From positions 19,008,303 to 19,072,302 of the forward strand of contig CM082577.2 of NCBI GenBank assembly GCA_040954595.2: DNA of 64,000 nt. The letters are read 5' to 3'. A model generated the notes under the pieces. It saw nothing but the letters and a program-made list of their open reading frames with translations. It was not told the origin of the DNA and searched no databases. Shown here in pieces: positions 43,956 through 58,033 of the stretch. Source of the stretch: Balanoglossus misakiensis. Lineage: Eukaryota > Animalia > Hemichordata. Position 1 is the stretch's first letter, and every line of letters begins with the position of its first letter. The position numbers and the translations under genes were made by a program.

Positions 43956-44190
43956 TATAAGGTTATTCACAAAATACCGGGATTTGTGTCCGAGTACATC
44001 GTGCAGCGCAGGTATTGTCCGAGACGCGCAGCGTCGAGGACAATACCGAAGCGTACGATGTACGAGGACATAAATCCCGGTATTTTGTGAATAACCTTAT
44101 TATTATACACCTTTTCCGAACGTCCTTGATGAACGATAAAGAATAAATAGGCCGCTATCGGACTTTCTAGTTTTCAGAAACCGCCATGAA
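43956..44190. mobile_element. Crypton-type palindromic end (reverse complement of 32715-32950)
   Basis: Same hairpin and flank, inverted. Confidence 0.6.
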
Positions 44191-44214
44191 ATAATCAATA
44201 TCAAGCGAATATCA

Positions 44215-46205
44215 TGAATATCAAGTCCAAATTCGCTATCATTGGAATCTCTGAAGTATGGGACCCAAATAATTTAAAGGGACAAAGTCTCTCTCTCGCT
44301 GCCCTTTTTTCCATTAATTATATTTGATACAAGACACCGTTTGTTATTCTACATGTTGATATATAGTGAATGAACGTTCAACCACACACAACTTCCATCC
44401 CTCTTATACTGTTATAAACTCGCCAAAATGAATAATCGTTCTTTACGGTTAAATACCATTTATTCATTTTGGGCGAGTTTTTACTCTCATATCATACAAG
44501 TGGGATGGAAGTTTTGTGTGGTTGAATGTTGATTCACTATATATCCACATGTAGAATAACATAAACAGTGTCTGGTATCAAACATAATTGATGGAAAAAA
44601 AGGCAGCGAGAGAGATGACTTTGTCCCTTTAAGTATTTGTAATATGCAAGATTACACATTAGAAGTGAAGTCTCGTGAAATAGGAAGGGGTGGTGGGGTT
44701 GGGGCTTACATACATTCATCAGTAATCTAAAAGCTGCTTCGAGCAAGTGTCAGTCACTCAGAATCACTCTGGCTGGAGGTACAGACTAAAAATACGAAGA
44801 TAATTATGGGAATAGTCTACAGAAAACCTAATACTGATATAACAGAATTTCAAATTAGTCTCATGCAAGTTTTAAATGAGCTCAGATGTGACAAAAATAA
44901 TTGTATTTTAATGGGTGATTTTAATATTGATACTAACATAAGACTGACCAACCCCAATATAGATTCATATCTATCCTCCTTGGAATGTATAGACAGCTGA
45001 TATCTACCCCAACCAGAGTGACTAGTTCATCTGAAACTTTAATTGACCACATCTACACAAATATTAATCAACGTCCTATTCATGCTGGCACTATAATCAC
45101 AGATATTTCAGACCATTTCCCTGTGTATACTCTTTTAGAAAATATTCCTCTAAAATTGCCACAAAAAGAGAAAATTATTTTTAGAAATTTCAAAAACTAT
45201 AGTCCCTCCCAATTTTCAAAGATCTTGAAAACACAACATGGGATTCTGTGTACCATTGCTCTGATGCTAATGATGCTTACAACAATTTTTATTCAGTCTT
45301 TAATGAAATTTGTGATAAACATGGACCTATTTCTACAAAATCCTGTAGTACCAAAAAAATAAAAAAAACCTTGGATCACCAAATCACTTAGAAAATCTAT
45401 TAACACCAAACATAGGCTATATAACAAATTACATAAATCAAAATTTAATAATGCTGTTGCTGTTGATAATTATCAAAAATATCGAAATATTTTATCGGCT
45501 TTACTCAGGAAAGCCAAACAGATGTACTATAGCAATATTTTTATACAAAATGAAAATAACACTACTGCAATATGGAAAACTATGAGAGAGATACTTGGAA
45601 GCCAAGGTAATGCCAGTCAATCTCTGCCAGATAATCTTTGTGTTAAGTCTAATGGTAAGGTACGAACCGTAAATAAGAAAACTGACATTGTCAATGAGCT
45701 AAATAACTACTTTGTTGGTATTGGTCCAGACCTTGCTAGTAAAATAAAGTCTAACAATTGCAACTTCAATAATTACCTCAAGGCACCCATCTCAAACTCA
45801 TTCTTTCTTGCCCCAACAACTCAATTTGAAATACAAAAAATTATTTGTAGCCTAGATCCTTATAAAGCTTGTGGCCAAGATCAAATTCCTGCTAGACTTC
45901 TTATAGATGGAGCTGCTGTAATATCTAAACAACTAGAATACATATTCAACCTCTCCTTTCATTCAGGAATATTTCCGAAAGCCCTAAAATCAGCAAAAGT
46001 TATACCAATTTTCAAGAAAGAAACCACTGATGATCCAGGAAATTATAGACCAATATCAATTTTACCTCTTATAAGCAAAGTCTTAGAAAAAATAGTCAAC
46101 TCCCGTCTTACCAATTTTGTAGAACAATTTAATATTCTATATGAACATCAGTATGCCTTTCGACAAAAATATAGTACCAAACTCTTTCTGATCAATCTTG
46201 TCAAT
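44215..46205 (+). mobile_element. CR1/L2-group LINE ORF2 fragment (APE endonuclease to start of RT), degenerate
   Basis: IGISEVW, GGGVG, GIVYRKPN, MGDFNID, LIDHIY, SDHFPV, PWIT, KVIPIFKK, NYRPISILP, with frameshifts. Confidence 0.92.
44278..44628. mobile_element. TTAA foldback MITE (Kolobok-type) inserted in the LINE
   Basis: TTAA|AGGGACAAAGTC...GACTTTGTCCCT|TTAA, almost fully palindromic. Removing it restores the frame SEVWDPNNLSICNMQDY. Confidence 0.9.
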
Positions 46206-47327
46206 TATCCAGGGTTTTACATCACTTCTTACTTTTGGGAGTCCCTGGGACTCCTACTCCTAGTGTTGAAAAATGGGGGTCCTACATCAAACCATGGGGG
46301 TCCCAATTTGTTTCACCAGAATATTTTATCATTTTATCAATGCTGGTAATTAGAAAATCCTTCTGTGAATAGGCAACGGTTGTAAGAATCAATACCAATC
46401 CAAATCATAAAATGATATTGTCTACAAGATATAGGGAGTATTTCCAAGATCAACTGTAGTATGGCTAGGGGTCCCATCTTGAACATCACCTTATGAGTGA
46501 CCCTTTGACCTAAAGCATATAATATGGAGAATACCAGTACATGTACTCTCAACTTGGTCGTCTTAAAGTCTTAAACCGGGCCGAGTTTCTTTTTTTTTTC
46601 ATAATCGCATCTCCCCTAGATGATAAGGTAGACATATGTACGTTTATTTTGAAGGGTACGGGGGATACAGAGTTGTACCCAGGCTGACACAGCAAAGCCG
46701 TTTAGATCACAGGCATGTATGGTTGCAATTCAACCACTGCAATGTACAGTGCTAAGTCTGTTGCAAACGTAAATGGGTTCCTCTTGTGACGTCACGGAAA
46801 TGGGCGTGGCCTAAACATAACTTTTTTCTCAGGCCCTGAACATTTTTTAATTTAACATTTATTTATCCATATGAAATAAGTAAAAGGACACCAGCATTTA
46901 ACACACAAGCCCAATTATTATTTATCCTCAAAAGTGTATTTCAATGTAAGATAGGCTCTTTAAGTTAGCAGAGCAGGTAAAGTTAGCAGAGGTGGTCGAC
47001 TTAGTATAGCAGAGGAGGTCAACAGCACATTTCATGTTACTACTCGCAAATGATACATTTCGCCACTTGCACATTTTGCCACTCGCAAGTGCCACATTTC
47101 CTGACTTGCTACTAGCAACTCACCACTCGCATCCTGTATATACCCGTTCACTAAGGACATTGGATGACCAGCAGATTAAGATATTATTTACAGTAATGAT
47201 TGTATGTGTTATCACAGGCCAATACCGGTACTTCACTACCAATGGACCTGGACATACCAGTGCCCTCTACAGCTCAAGTGCATCCAGTGAGACCCCAGCA
47301 GCAAGTTGATCAACAACAACAACAGAA

Positions 47328-47600
47328 TATAGCTGCAAGCAGCAATGGCGGGGCCCAAGCTGGAATGGTCATGTGAGGTCACCTGAAATTCGGGCAAAAA
47401 TTTTTGACCCCATACTGGTCCATGTCCATCAGAAACCAATCCTTCAGCCCTATTGGTTCGTCTGGAATTAGGTATGTACATAATTAATGAGTTAAGCAGT
47501 TGTACTGGTGACCTCAAAATTCGGCTTTTCATTTTAGTCCCATCCCTCCAAATGCCAAGGCTGTACCTGCTCTCACTCTGAAACATGGGTCCGAAATTAG
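47328..47600 (-). mobile_element. 3' end of Helentron-associated (HINE-like) repeat; further fragments continue, heavily interrupted, to ~55070
   Basis: AGCTGCAAGCAGCAATGGCGGGCCCAAGC is close to the reverse complement of the 3' ends at 57963-57992 and 59214-59241. Confidence 0.65.
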
Positions 47601-49738
47601 TATATTTTCTTTGATGCAAATGACATGCTAATGAGATTTCGCTTGGGCATGCAAGGCCAAAGTGCAGAATCAGCGCGCATATGAGCGAGAGAGTTGTGCA
47701 GGTTTAAACTTGATTTTCTTGTCACTGGTTGATTGACCGGCGAAAATCTCATCGGTTTTAGGTAAACTGTATATCTAATTTTCATAAACAACAGTTTTAG
47801 AATGTATAATAAAACGCAAGAGGCCGATTTTTGTAAAAACTTCTGCTGTCATCGTCGCCATACTTTGACCCACTCAGACTGAAAGGTAATTCTCCGATTT
47901 AAGTCCCGATTTACTAAGGTTACAGGTCGTGAACACTCTTCATATTTGCGGAAAATATTTAATAGATATACATAAACACTTGTGGCAAGTTTGAGGGTTG
48001 TGCGTCCTTGCCAACGAAACTGACGCAGTGTTTTGTCCTGCAGTGCAGCGTGAAATCGACCTCGACCGGGAATGCGGAAGTAAAATTGAATATAGGGCTT
48101 CACAGTAAGAATAAGCCTTTCGATCTACTTAGACGTATTTTGGTGATAATAAATCATCTGTTGGGCAATTGGGGTCACAAATATTGCCGTAAGCCCAACG
48201 TGTTTCACCTCTGCTGTCTATGGTTTCACGTACAATCTCACTGAGAAGGACAGGCTTCGCCAGTGTCCACATCGGGACCGCAAATCAACACGCCCTGGCC
48301 TGCGCACAGATCTTTGTGTTCCCGGCGTCACACGGCCGTGTAACTCGCCGGCAACTCACGTTCACAGACCTGTACGCACGGCTAGAAACGCCCGCACAAG
48401 TGCGTATATCGGCCCGATTAGCCTGCTCTGGGGGTAGACATAAGGGTTCAGGTATTTGTGTATTTTGTACAATATTCAGGTGCATAGTTTGCATGATTTA
48501 TTAAAACATATGGACAGCAAAGTGTGTGAATTTCAATCTGTCTTTGCTGATCCCCATGTTTGGCGTGGGAAAGTTTACAAGTCCAGGATAGGAGTTTCAA
48601 GGCTGACTCAGTGACTGCTAGTTGAACACATATTGACATGATATATCTGATGTCCCAACAAGAAAACAAAGTTTGTACATATTCCACAAAGCCTGTTATA
48701 TGTTTTATTGTCACAATCAGTACAAATTTACCAGTATCATACAATCTAGAATACACTGACAGATCAATTTGATATGAAAAGGAACATCACTGTTTTATAT
48801 AGGAATTACATTATACATGTACATAGTGTACGCTTTGACTGGGAGTAGCCTATCGGTCGTCACTCTGCATGCAGTGGACAAGGACACGGACTGTGCGAGC
48901 AGTCACCAGGTTGGACACAGTTGACAGAAATCTGAAATGTAAAACAACAAATGTTGGCTAAGTAATTTGCTTGTCATGTAGAAATTTTCGAAATGTGTCT
49001 ATACTCCTTAACATCAACGCAATCAATGCTGCAGCCTAAATAGTACAGGCTACCTAAACGTCATCACACAGCCGCCATGCTGGATTTCACAGGGTTAAAA
49101 TCGTGACTTTTCCATGGCTAATTACGAACATCAAATGCTCGTGAACACCAAAAAATCTCTCTTATATCGATGTTTTGATATCAAATCTCAACATTTCTGG
49201 GTATAAAATAATGATAATTGCTTGCCAACGAAAATGACGCAGTGTTTTAGCAGGCCGTGTACACAGGCCTACAAAACTCGTATTTAACCCATGTTTCAAA
49301 AAATACGCGTCAGTTTCACGATTTTTTTTCGTGGGCGAAACCGGAGACCTTAAACATTTGGAAGATACCAAAATCATGAGAATCACTCACCTTTCTAACT
49401 GTATTTTGACGATTTTTTCTTCGCTAAAAAACCGTCTAACGGTCACCGATAGTGAGATGAGGGCGTCCTTCATTTGAAATAAAACCCCTAATTATGCATG
49501 CAAATGAAGTACCAAGCTTTGAGAGTGCTCTGGGGGCCAAGATATAAGAAAGTAGATCAAAGGTCACCTGAGGTCACCCAAAATTTGATCCCGTACTTGT
49601 CCATGTCCAACAGAAACAAACCTCTAGCCTTATTGGTAAGCCTAGAATTAGGTATGCACATAGTTAATTAGGTCAAAGGTCAAGTGGTAACAAGTACATG
49701 TGTATGCTTCATCCCACCAAATATGAAGTCTGTCGGTC

Positions 49739-50906
49739 CAGGCCTCGAACTTTACTTTTTGGCTCACCTGCCCAATGGGCAGGTACACTAAACAATTTAC
49801 CTGCCCAACAATTTTTTTACCTGCCCATGTCAAGTTCACACATTTTTCAGTGCAGATCGTCATTTACATGTGACCTTCTGCCAAGGGCTCTAGTAACCGC
49901 TTTAAATTTAGTATTAAAATTTGGCCCCACACACATAAATGGCCCACCACAAATATATTCTGTATTTTCCCCAGGATGACCAAATTCAGAATTTCAGTTT
50001 CAGATCTATAATTCTTAGAAAATGGTTACTGATTAGTTCAAAAACATCCTAAGACATCTCAGATTTTGTATCCCGTGTTTTACTGCTATATTGGTGATGG
50101 AATTTATTGTGTATTATATTATCAAATCGCACCAGTGCAAGGTATGAGAAATGCATTTTGAAAAAAAAAATTGGTTCACCAGTAGAAGTTATGAGAGAAA
50201 TCTATTTTGAAAAAAAATATCAGCAGGATCAGCTGAAATGTTTTGATTTAACAATTTTCCCTTTTCAAGTATGTAATGTCATGTGCTGACTATAGGTGTT
50301 CTGGCAAAATACATGAATTATTCACTGCTCTCTGGTCCATCTTGGATGTATTAGACTCCTGGCAGTGTCCTTGTCTTTCCTTTCCTTTCCCACTTTGATG
50401 GCACACTAAGTACAAACTTCCTTCTAAGTTTTAGTAAACCTCATTTTTATTCTATCAGGCAAACTTCAGAAGAACAAAGCTGTAATTTATGCAAATATAT
50501 CCGAGCTATATTTAGACACGCTTACGCAGTGAGCGCATGGCCTGGGCATGGGGTGGAAGGGGTCAGGTCGGGTTCACCAACGCGCGCGTACGTACGTTGG
50601 CTTCTCCTAATTTACATATCAATCACTGAGTCAGTAATCGCGTAACCCTGCCAGCGCGTTGACGGCCGATTATATCTTCGATAAAATAAGAAAAAACAGC
50701 ATATAAAGACACAAAAGTTTTTTTTTTCTTGAAATCTTTCTTTCTAAATAACTTTTACAATAGAATATTGATTCTACAGTATGTTTTACTGATTTATTTG
50801 TGTATATTCACCGGCCCAATTGGGCCGACGAGACGTGAAAATAACCGGCCCACTATAAATATGTACCGGCCCGGGGCCGGTGGGCCGGCGTTAAGTTCGA
50901 GGCCTG
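49739..50906. mobile_element. hAT-like MITE with 5-bp TSD
   Basis: CGGTC|CAGGCCTCGAACTT ... AAGTTCGAGGCCTG|CGGTC. Confidence 0.85.
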
Positions 50907-53742
50907 CGGTCTAATAGTTACGTACTTATGAGCAATTATGTTATATATAGTTCAAAGGTCACCGAGGTCACGTGACATTGCGGCAAAATGATTTGGTCCG
51001 ATAATTCAGTAGTGTTAGCGGTAGGATTTCATAAGCATTAGCCATTTTGGCTAATAACACCTAAATTAAATTAGCTAAATTAGAAATTGATTAGCCATTT
51101 TTTTTCGCAATTTTATCCTGCTTGATGAATAAATTTGTAGACACGAATGTTTACTTCTACTTAAAATAAATACAACACAAATGACATTTTCTGGATTTTT
51201 TTTGTTTATAACAACAATATCATCTCATTTTTACATAACACTTATTTTCACACAATGATATGCAATAAAAGGATGATACATCTACAGTGTTTTCTCTTGA
51301 CTGCGGGATTGCGCCAAATGCGCTTTTTGGGCAATTGTCTGCCGCCTAAAAATCACGCAATGCCCGGAAACTGCGCACTTGCCATCATTGACTCGAAACA
51401 TAGACTAAACACATCCAGCAATATACTGTGAACGAGGTCTGTGATAGTGCAGGGTTCAACACTGGTATAAGGGACCGTTCAGTTTTTACGGTTCGGGGGG
51501 GGGGGGCAAGTTTGTGTCATCGGTTTTCAAAATCAGGCCGACCTCCCCTTCACCCAGGAGCAAAAAATGATGACCCCCCCTTTGACGGACCCAAAAATAT
51601 ATGATGACCCCCCCCCCCCCCCCATGCCGAAAACATTCGCCGTCCTGATCCTATGTACATTGTATGCAATAAAGGGAACGAGGCTCCTCACACCTCAATT
51701 ATAATTTTTTAAAAGTAATTGAAGTATATAATAGTATATCGTTGCAATAAAGAAATCTATGAACAAATTAAAATGACAAGTCAATACAATAGTTGCTAGA
51801 ATTGGTAAAACAAGAAAAGTGGCAGGGGTGGGCGTGGGAGGGGGTGTCCCCCTCCCACATAAGAAAATTTTGTAAAATACAGTGCTCAAAATTGCATTTT
51901 AATGAACTCAAAAGCAAATTAACTCAGTGTTAGGGAGGACAAATTTTAATTTTACCACTCCACTCAAAGTAAGCATCGGGGGTGGGGTGGCAAGAAGTCT
52001 GCCCTGGTACACTAGACAAACCAGTGATTAAATGTAATGTGACAAGAATGGAGGGGGTGACCTCAGCTGAGCTGACATGGGCGAAACGCGCTAGCGTGCG
52101 TATCGTATCAAGAGACGTCAGTCTAGTCACACTTCAGTGCATTTGACCCCGGCATTTGACCCGTTATCAGCTACTGCTGGCATGGCAACTTACATTGTAG
52201 CAAGTACATCCGGACTAATTTTGGTTCGATTTGGATACTTTTTTGTGCTGTTCTCGTTACTGGCGTTCTTCCCTGGTAATATTGAAAATTGTTCATACAG
52301 TATTGCATGTCTTCGCGCTGATTTTTATGGGGGTGAACGTAATGTGTTGTGTCGGCTTTTGACGTACTCGGCATTCGAGAACTTTGAGTAGCCGAGATAC
52401 GGAAATGGAAAATAGAAATACTAGTTGAGCATTACGGGGAATTGTAAACGCGACGATCAGGAGAAAGTAATTGAACCCGTTGTCGATGCCCAAGACACGC
52501 GACGCGAATGGGCGCGGGGCGATCATCAGGAAACCCTCGCGACAACCTAATTCTCCTGTGGTAAATAATCAATGATAAACACCGGGCATAGCCGTCACGT
52601 TGCCGGTAAACACAGCTATTTGCGAGCGAGGGTTCTCTGCACAGAACAATATCAAAACGTGCCTCTGAAACAGAATCGAAGAAAACGCGTTGAATCAACT
52701 GATGACAATCATGTTTTAAGGCCAACAACTTGCTGATTTCGACTTTGATGAAGCACTACGTCACGCCAAAAAATTCCCAAAAATGATGCCATTTTTTCTC
52801 AACACACAGACTCTTATTGCGCAGTCCGCGTGTTCTCATGTTTTGTTCTCTAGTATTTCATTGTTGTTTATGGTCTTATGACCTGACATTTGATGACCTC
52901 ATTGATCAGAGACCCACTCAGCTTTGCTCAGTGCCAGTAATGTGTGTGTTTATGTAAACACAAGTGACATGATCGCAAGATTAAAAGCTAGATATGTTAA
53001 TGTAAAGGTGTGATTGTATGTTTCAGTAATTCCCCCCCAAAATTTTAAAATCCCCCTCAAAAATTCCTGTAGAGGGGGAATAGTACCCCCCTACTGTAGC
53101 ATCCTAGATGAAACACTGAGACTCCATTCAGGGTTGTACCATTCAAATGTGTAGGCTGTATTTGCTCTGAATGTAGACATATGGGGAAGCAGGCAACCAC
53201 CCGAAATGGATGTCCTACAAGTACAAACACAACAACCAAAAGTGAACTTCTACCTTATGTAAGTACTTCAGTAAGTACTTCAAAGGTCAGCTGAGGGTAC
53301 CCAAAAATTGGGCCAAAAATTTGGATTCCTATTTGGTTCATATTCAACACAATGGAAAATCCTCGCCCTTTGGGTTTGTTAAATTAGGTATGGCCATAAT
53401 AATGAGTTACGCAATGACAGTCCTACCTAGTACCCCTCCAAACACCTGGCTATATATGCTGTGCATGCTAACATATGGAAAGCAGGTCAATGGACACCTG
53501 AGGTCACCCAAAAATTTGACAAAAATTTTTCATTCCTGTTTATGTCATGTGCAACAAATCCTACATTTGCAGCCCTTTCACTTTGCCTACCATTAGGTAT
53601 GCACGTAATACATGAATCAAGCAGGTGTCACAGGTATCCCCCTGTATTTGGCATTTCATGATAGTTTCATCCCTCCAAATACCAAAGCTGCACCTGTACA
53701 ACGTGCTGAGATATGGCACTGTACAACAGAGGTCATCCAAAT

Positions 53743-54649
53743 CACAGGCGCTCAAGACGATCGCTTCGCGATGGGGTGGGGGGCTCAGTACCCCTAAAAT
53801 ATAAAAGAAGGTATGAAAGGCCAGGCCAGGCCAGGATACTGACGAGATCACAATGTTCAAGCGGCGATTTCGCTGCGAAAATTTCATTAAAACTTACCGA
53901 AATGCGGCGGGTAGAAGCTAACAAGTATATGTTTTGTGATCCATAGCAAAAAAAAGCTCAATTTAAAGGCAAACTGCTCGAAATGTGGAGGTTTCGAGCG
54001 CGGTTCGAGCGACACTTTCAACAGTGGACATTGTCGATGTCAGTTTGGCCGCGGTCACTGAGGTTAGAGGTCAACTAATCGTGCCCTGGCTCCTGATTGG
54101 TCGAGAGCCTCAGTGAATTTCAGCGGGAAAATCATAAATACGGTTTACTTTTATTTGAATGTGGACCGTTGTCGACGATGACCGCCTACAATCACTTGTA
54201 AATATAACTCTTGCATTTCTTTGTTGTTATTTACTAGTTACTCAAATTTATTCTTTTGGAATCAGGAGCCAGGGCAAGATTAGTTGACCTCTAACCTCAG
54301 TGACCGCGGCCATACTGACATCGACAATGTCCACTGTTGAAAGTGTCGCTCGAACCGCGCTCGAAACCTCCACATTTCGAGCAGTTTGCCTTTAAATTGA
54401 GCTTTTTTTTCGCTATGGATCACAAAACATATACTTGTTAGCTTCTACCCGCCGCATTTCGGTAAGTTTTAATGAAATTTTCGCAGCGAAATCGCCGCTT
54501 GAACATTGTGATCTCGTCAGTATCCTGGCCTGTCCTGGCCTGGCCTTTCATACCTTCTTTTATATTTTAGGGGTACTGAGTCCCCCACCCCCACCCCATC
54601 GCGAAGCCACCCCCACCCCATCGCGAAGCGATCGTCTTGAGCGCCTGTG
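53743..54649. mobile_element. Foldback MITE, ~355-bp TIRs, 8-bp TSD (P-element/hAT-like)
   Basis: ATCCAAAT|CACAGGCGCTC ... GAGCGCCTGTG|ATCCAAAT. Confidence 0.9.
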
Positions 54650-55449
54650 ATCCAAATCACCGATACATTTGGGCAAAAACCAACTGACACTTACATTCGT
54701 CCCTGTGGAACAAAAACCACACCTATCGCCCTGTTGGTTAGTGTCCAATTAAATGTACAAAATCAATGACTTAGGCAGGTACAACAGGTGACCCCGCCTT
54801 CGGTATATCATTATGGTCCCATCTGTATAGCCCCCCCCCCCCAAGCCAAAGCTGCATGCATCTGCTGTGGATGCTCTCTAAGTAAAAGTAGGTGAAAGGT
54901 CACATAAGGTCTCCCACAACTTGACAGGAAAATCGCACTGCATATTGATCCATGTGCAACAAATACACACGCTAGCATCCCTTTCATTGACCCCACAATT
55001 ACGCATGCACATAATTATTGAGTTACGCAGGAGTCACAGGTGACCCCCGAATCGGGCGTATTATTTTAGTCCCATACAGCTGCATGTAGCTGCGTGCCGT
55101 TACTGGCGACCTGATAACCCCCACGGCCATCTGCGGGCCGACCCCCATATACTGAATGTCCAGTTGCAATGTCACGACTGAAGTAGAAACTTTTGAATGG
55201 CAACGAAGCCTGATCTCTGATTATTGCTGGTACCATACTCCCTTCGTGCAAGAAAATCACTGGTCTGCTTATGTATTTCGGCCACTTTTCCCGAACTACT
55301 ATCCACTACATGTGTACATATGCCATTGGCAGCTTATGGGTCAGTCAGTGCTTGCCCATTGATCTCTCGCTATGTGTGTGTCTGTCTGTATATGGCCATG
55401 TACTCCGGTGTAGACTTTTTCGTGTGTACTGTAATAACTCAATGGGACC

Positions 55450-55810
55450 ACTGTGTCCTTGAAGCGATTTTTCACTATTGCCAAATTGCAATAATGATCG
55501 CTGACATCAGTTTCAATGCACCCACACTCGATAAAATGGTCAGTGATGTCTGTTATAATGTGATCAATTGTAATGGCGGAGTTTCCACAAATTCTGGTTG
55601 GTGAAGTAATTATCTATCAAAAATTATAACTATTGAGAAGAGAGTTGTACTTTTCCACAGTATTGGAAGTTGAGCTGACATCGATGTTGATGTCTCCAAC
55701 AATGATACATTTCTTGTTACAGGCTGACATATTATGATACAAGTTTCTAAGCTATCTAAGAATTCTTGAGGTGGTGTGTTTGGTTGTCTGTACACGACGC
55801 CGATAACTAC
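55450..55810 (-). mobile_element. Degenerate APE endonuclease fragment (LINE- or Helentron-derived)
   Basis: GVVYRQPNTPPQEFLDSLE... and, in another frame, CIIVGDINID. Confidence 0.6.
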
Positions 55811-56389
55811 CTTTTTGTTTCCAAAGAAGGTCTCAATAAATAACGATTCACAGTGAGCGATGGTGATGTGATCGATACAGGAAAATGACAGTGACGAATG
55901 TACATACAGGGCGACACCACCACCTTGAGAATGTTGGCGATTGCAATAATTTCCCGTTGTATGTCTTTAATAACAAAGCTACCGTATGACAAGAGCAGAT
56001 TTATATAAAATTCTTCATCTGGGAGATAAACTATATAAATCCAATGTTACTTGGGATTTGGAACTCAATGATAAATTTGTTTATAGTGACATGCTCATGT
56101 TAGATGACCTACCACACATTGTATTCTCATTAATTCATGGTATTATAAAAAGAGGTGAAATATATACTGGTATGAGTCAACCATCAAATCACTTCTGGTT
56201 AGTGTTTACTTGACTGTGCCTGAAGTTATTGAAACGCTTAATCAGTTTGAGAACTATGTCAGTTGTGTTCTAGTGCCCTTGGCCTATGTTTTCACATTTT
56301 TAGGGGCACAAGCCTATCGGGCTTGTGCCCCTATGGGCACAAGCCTATCGGGCTTGTGCCCCTATTGGTATTGTTGGAATTTTTCTTTA

Positions 56390-57997
56390 TTATTAGGGCC
56401 CAAGCGCACACCAGCGCTTGGGCCCTATTGGTTTCGTTGGGGTTTTTACGGGCCCAAGCCAAGCCAGGCTTGGGCCCGTACATGTATTGGTTTCGTTGGA
56501 ATTTTTCTTTCTTTAGGGCCCAAGCGCACACCAGCGCTTGGGCCCTATTGGTTTCGTTGGGGTTTTTCTGTCTTTCTTTCTTTCTTCTTTCTTTATTCTT
56601 ATGTCAATTTTTGTCGCTCTAGATCCAGACACCACTGCAGGTACAGTTTTCAAACTTGCTACAGTGGTCAAGGTCAATGAGTAGTCGTGCATTGAGCCCA
56701 TGAATTTTTAATTAGTCACGTGACCTGGCGGCCATCTTTGATTTTCTGAAAAAATGCAGATCTCTGAAACTACAAGTCAGATCGACTTCAAATTTGGCGT
56801 GCAGGTAGACTACCTTCTGCCCATCATTTTTGTAATTGGAAATTATGCTGTCAAAGTTGCAGTTTTTTTGCTACAATTTTTTTTCTGAAATGTGGCTTAA
56901 ATTTCAAAAATCTTCTTCTCCAGAACCGGTGATAACCGAGACACAGGGTTTGGTGTTTGTGGTCACTTAACTGATGTCTATCAAGTTTGCGAAGATCATT
57001 GTGATTGGTCGAAGATTTTGGCGGCCATATTGGATTTTCGAAAAACCCTAGTAAAATTTCAAAAATCTTCTTCTCAAGAACTGGCAATAACCGAGTCACA
57101 AGATTTGGTGTGTGTGGTCATTAAACAGATGTCTATCAAGTTTGCTAAGAAGAATGTGATTGGTCGAAGATTATGGCGGCCATATTGGATTTTGTGAAAA
57201 ACGATTTAAAATTAAAAATTCCCTTTCTAGCCTAAAAATTTATAGCACAGAAATTCTTTTTATGGATATGAATCATCATATGACAAGAATAAGCTATAAA
57301 TATTTTGGTAATTTTGGCAATGACCTTTGACCTACTTTTGACGCATCATTTTTCTGCATATCTAATTCCAGGCTAACCAAAAGGGCTATAAGTTTGGTTT
57401 TTGATGTATGTTGATTTGTATGTGATAAAAAAAATTTGCTACTTTTCATGACCCCTTTGACCTCTGCTGACCTCATTAAATATGTGCATAGCTAATTACA
57501 GGCGAACCAATAGAGCTAGAGGTTTGGTTTTTGTTGGACATGGACCAGTATGGGATCAAAAATTTTTGCCCAAATGTTGGGTGACCTCTGGTGACCTTTG
57601 ACCTACTTTCGCATATCTCAGCATCCAGAGCAGATACAGCCATTGCATTTGGAGGTATGGGGCCATAATGAAAAGCCAAAGTTTTAGGTCACCTGTGACA
57701 CCTGCTTAACTCATTATTTATGTGCATACCTAATTCCGGGCTAACCATAAGGGCTAGAGATCTGGTTTTTCTTGGACATGGACCACTATGGGTCAAAATT
57801 TTCTGCCCAAATTGTGGGTGACCTCTGGGTGACCTTTGACCTACTTAACACTATATCAACACCAAACATAGATATAACCTTGATATTTCATGGGATAAAA
57901 CACAGCATTATGTTTCTACTCATTAATTATGTGCATATCTAATAATTAGATCAGATAATAAAGCTTGGGCCCGGACAATGCTGCTTGCAGCTTTAAT

Positions 57998-58033
<36 letters not shown>

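Noticed and set aside
32715-44190. Single 11.5-kb element bounded by the inverted Crypton-type repeats
   Set aside because: The hairpins face inward, there is no TSD and the interior is heterogeneous. Independent insertions of one family are simpler.
46563-46962. Additional TTAA-flanked element
   Set aside because: TTAA-AG...CT-TTAA is present, but TIR similarity is too weak and there is no empty site to confirm it.
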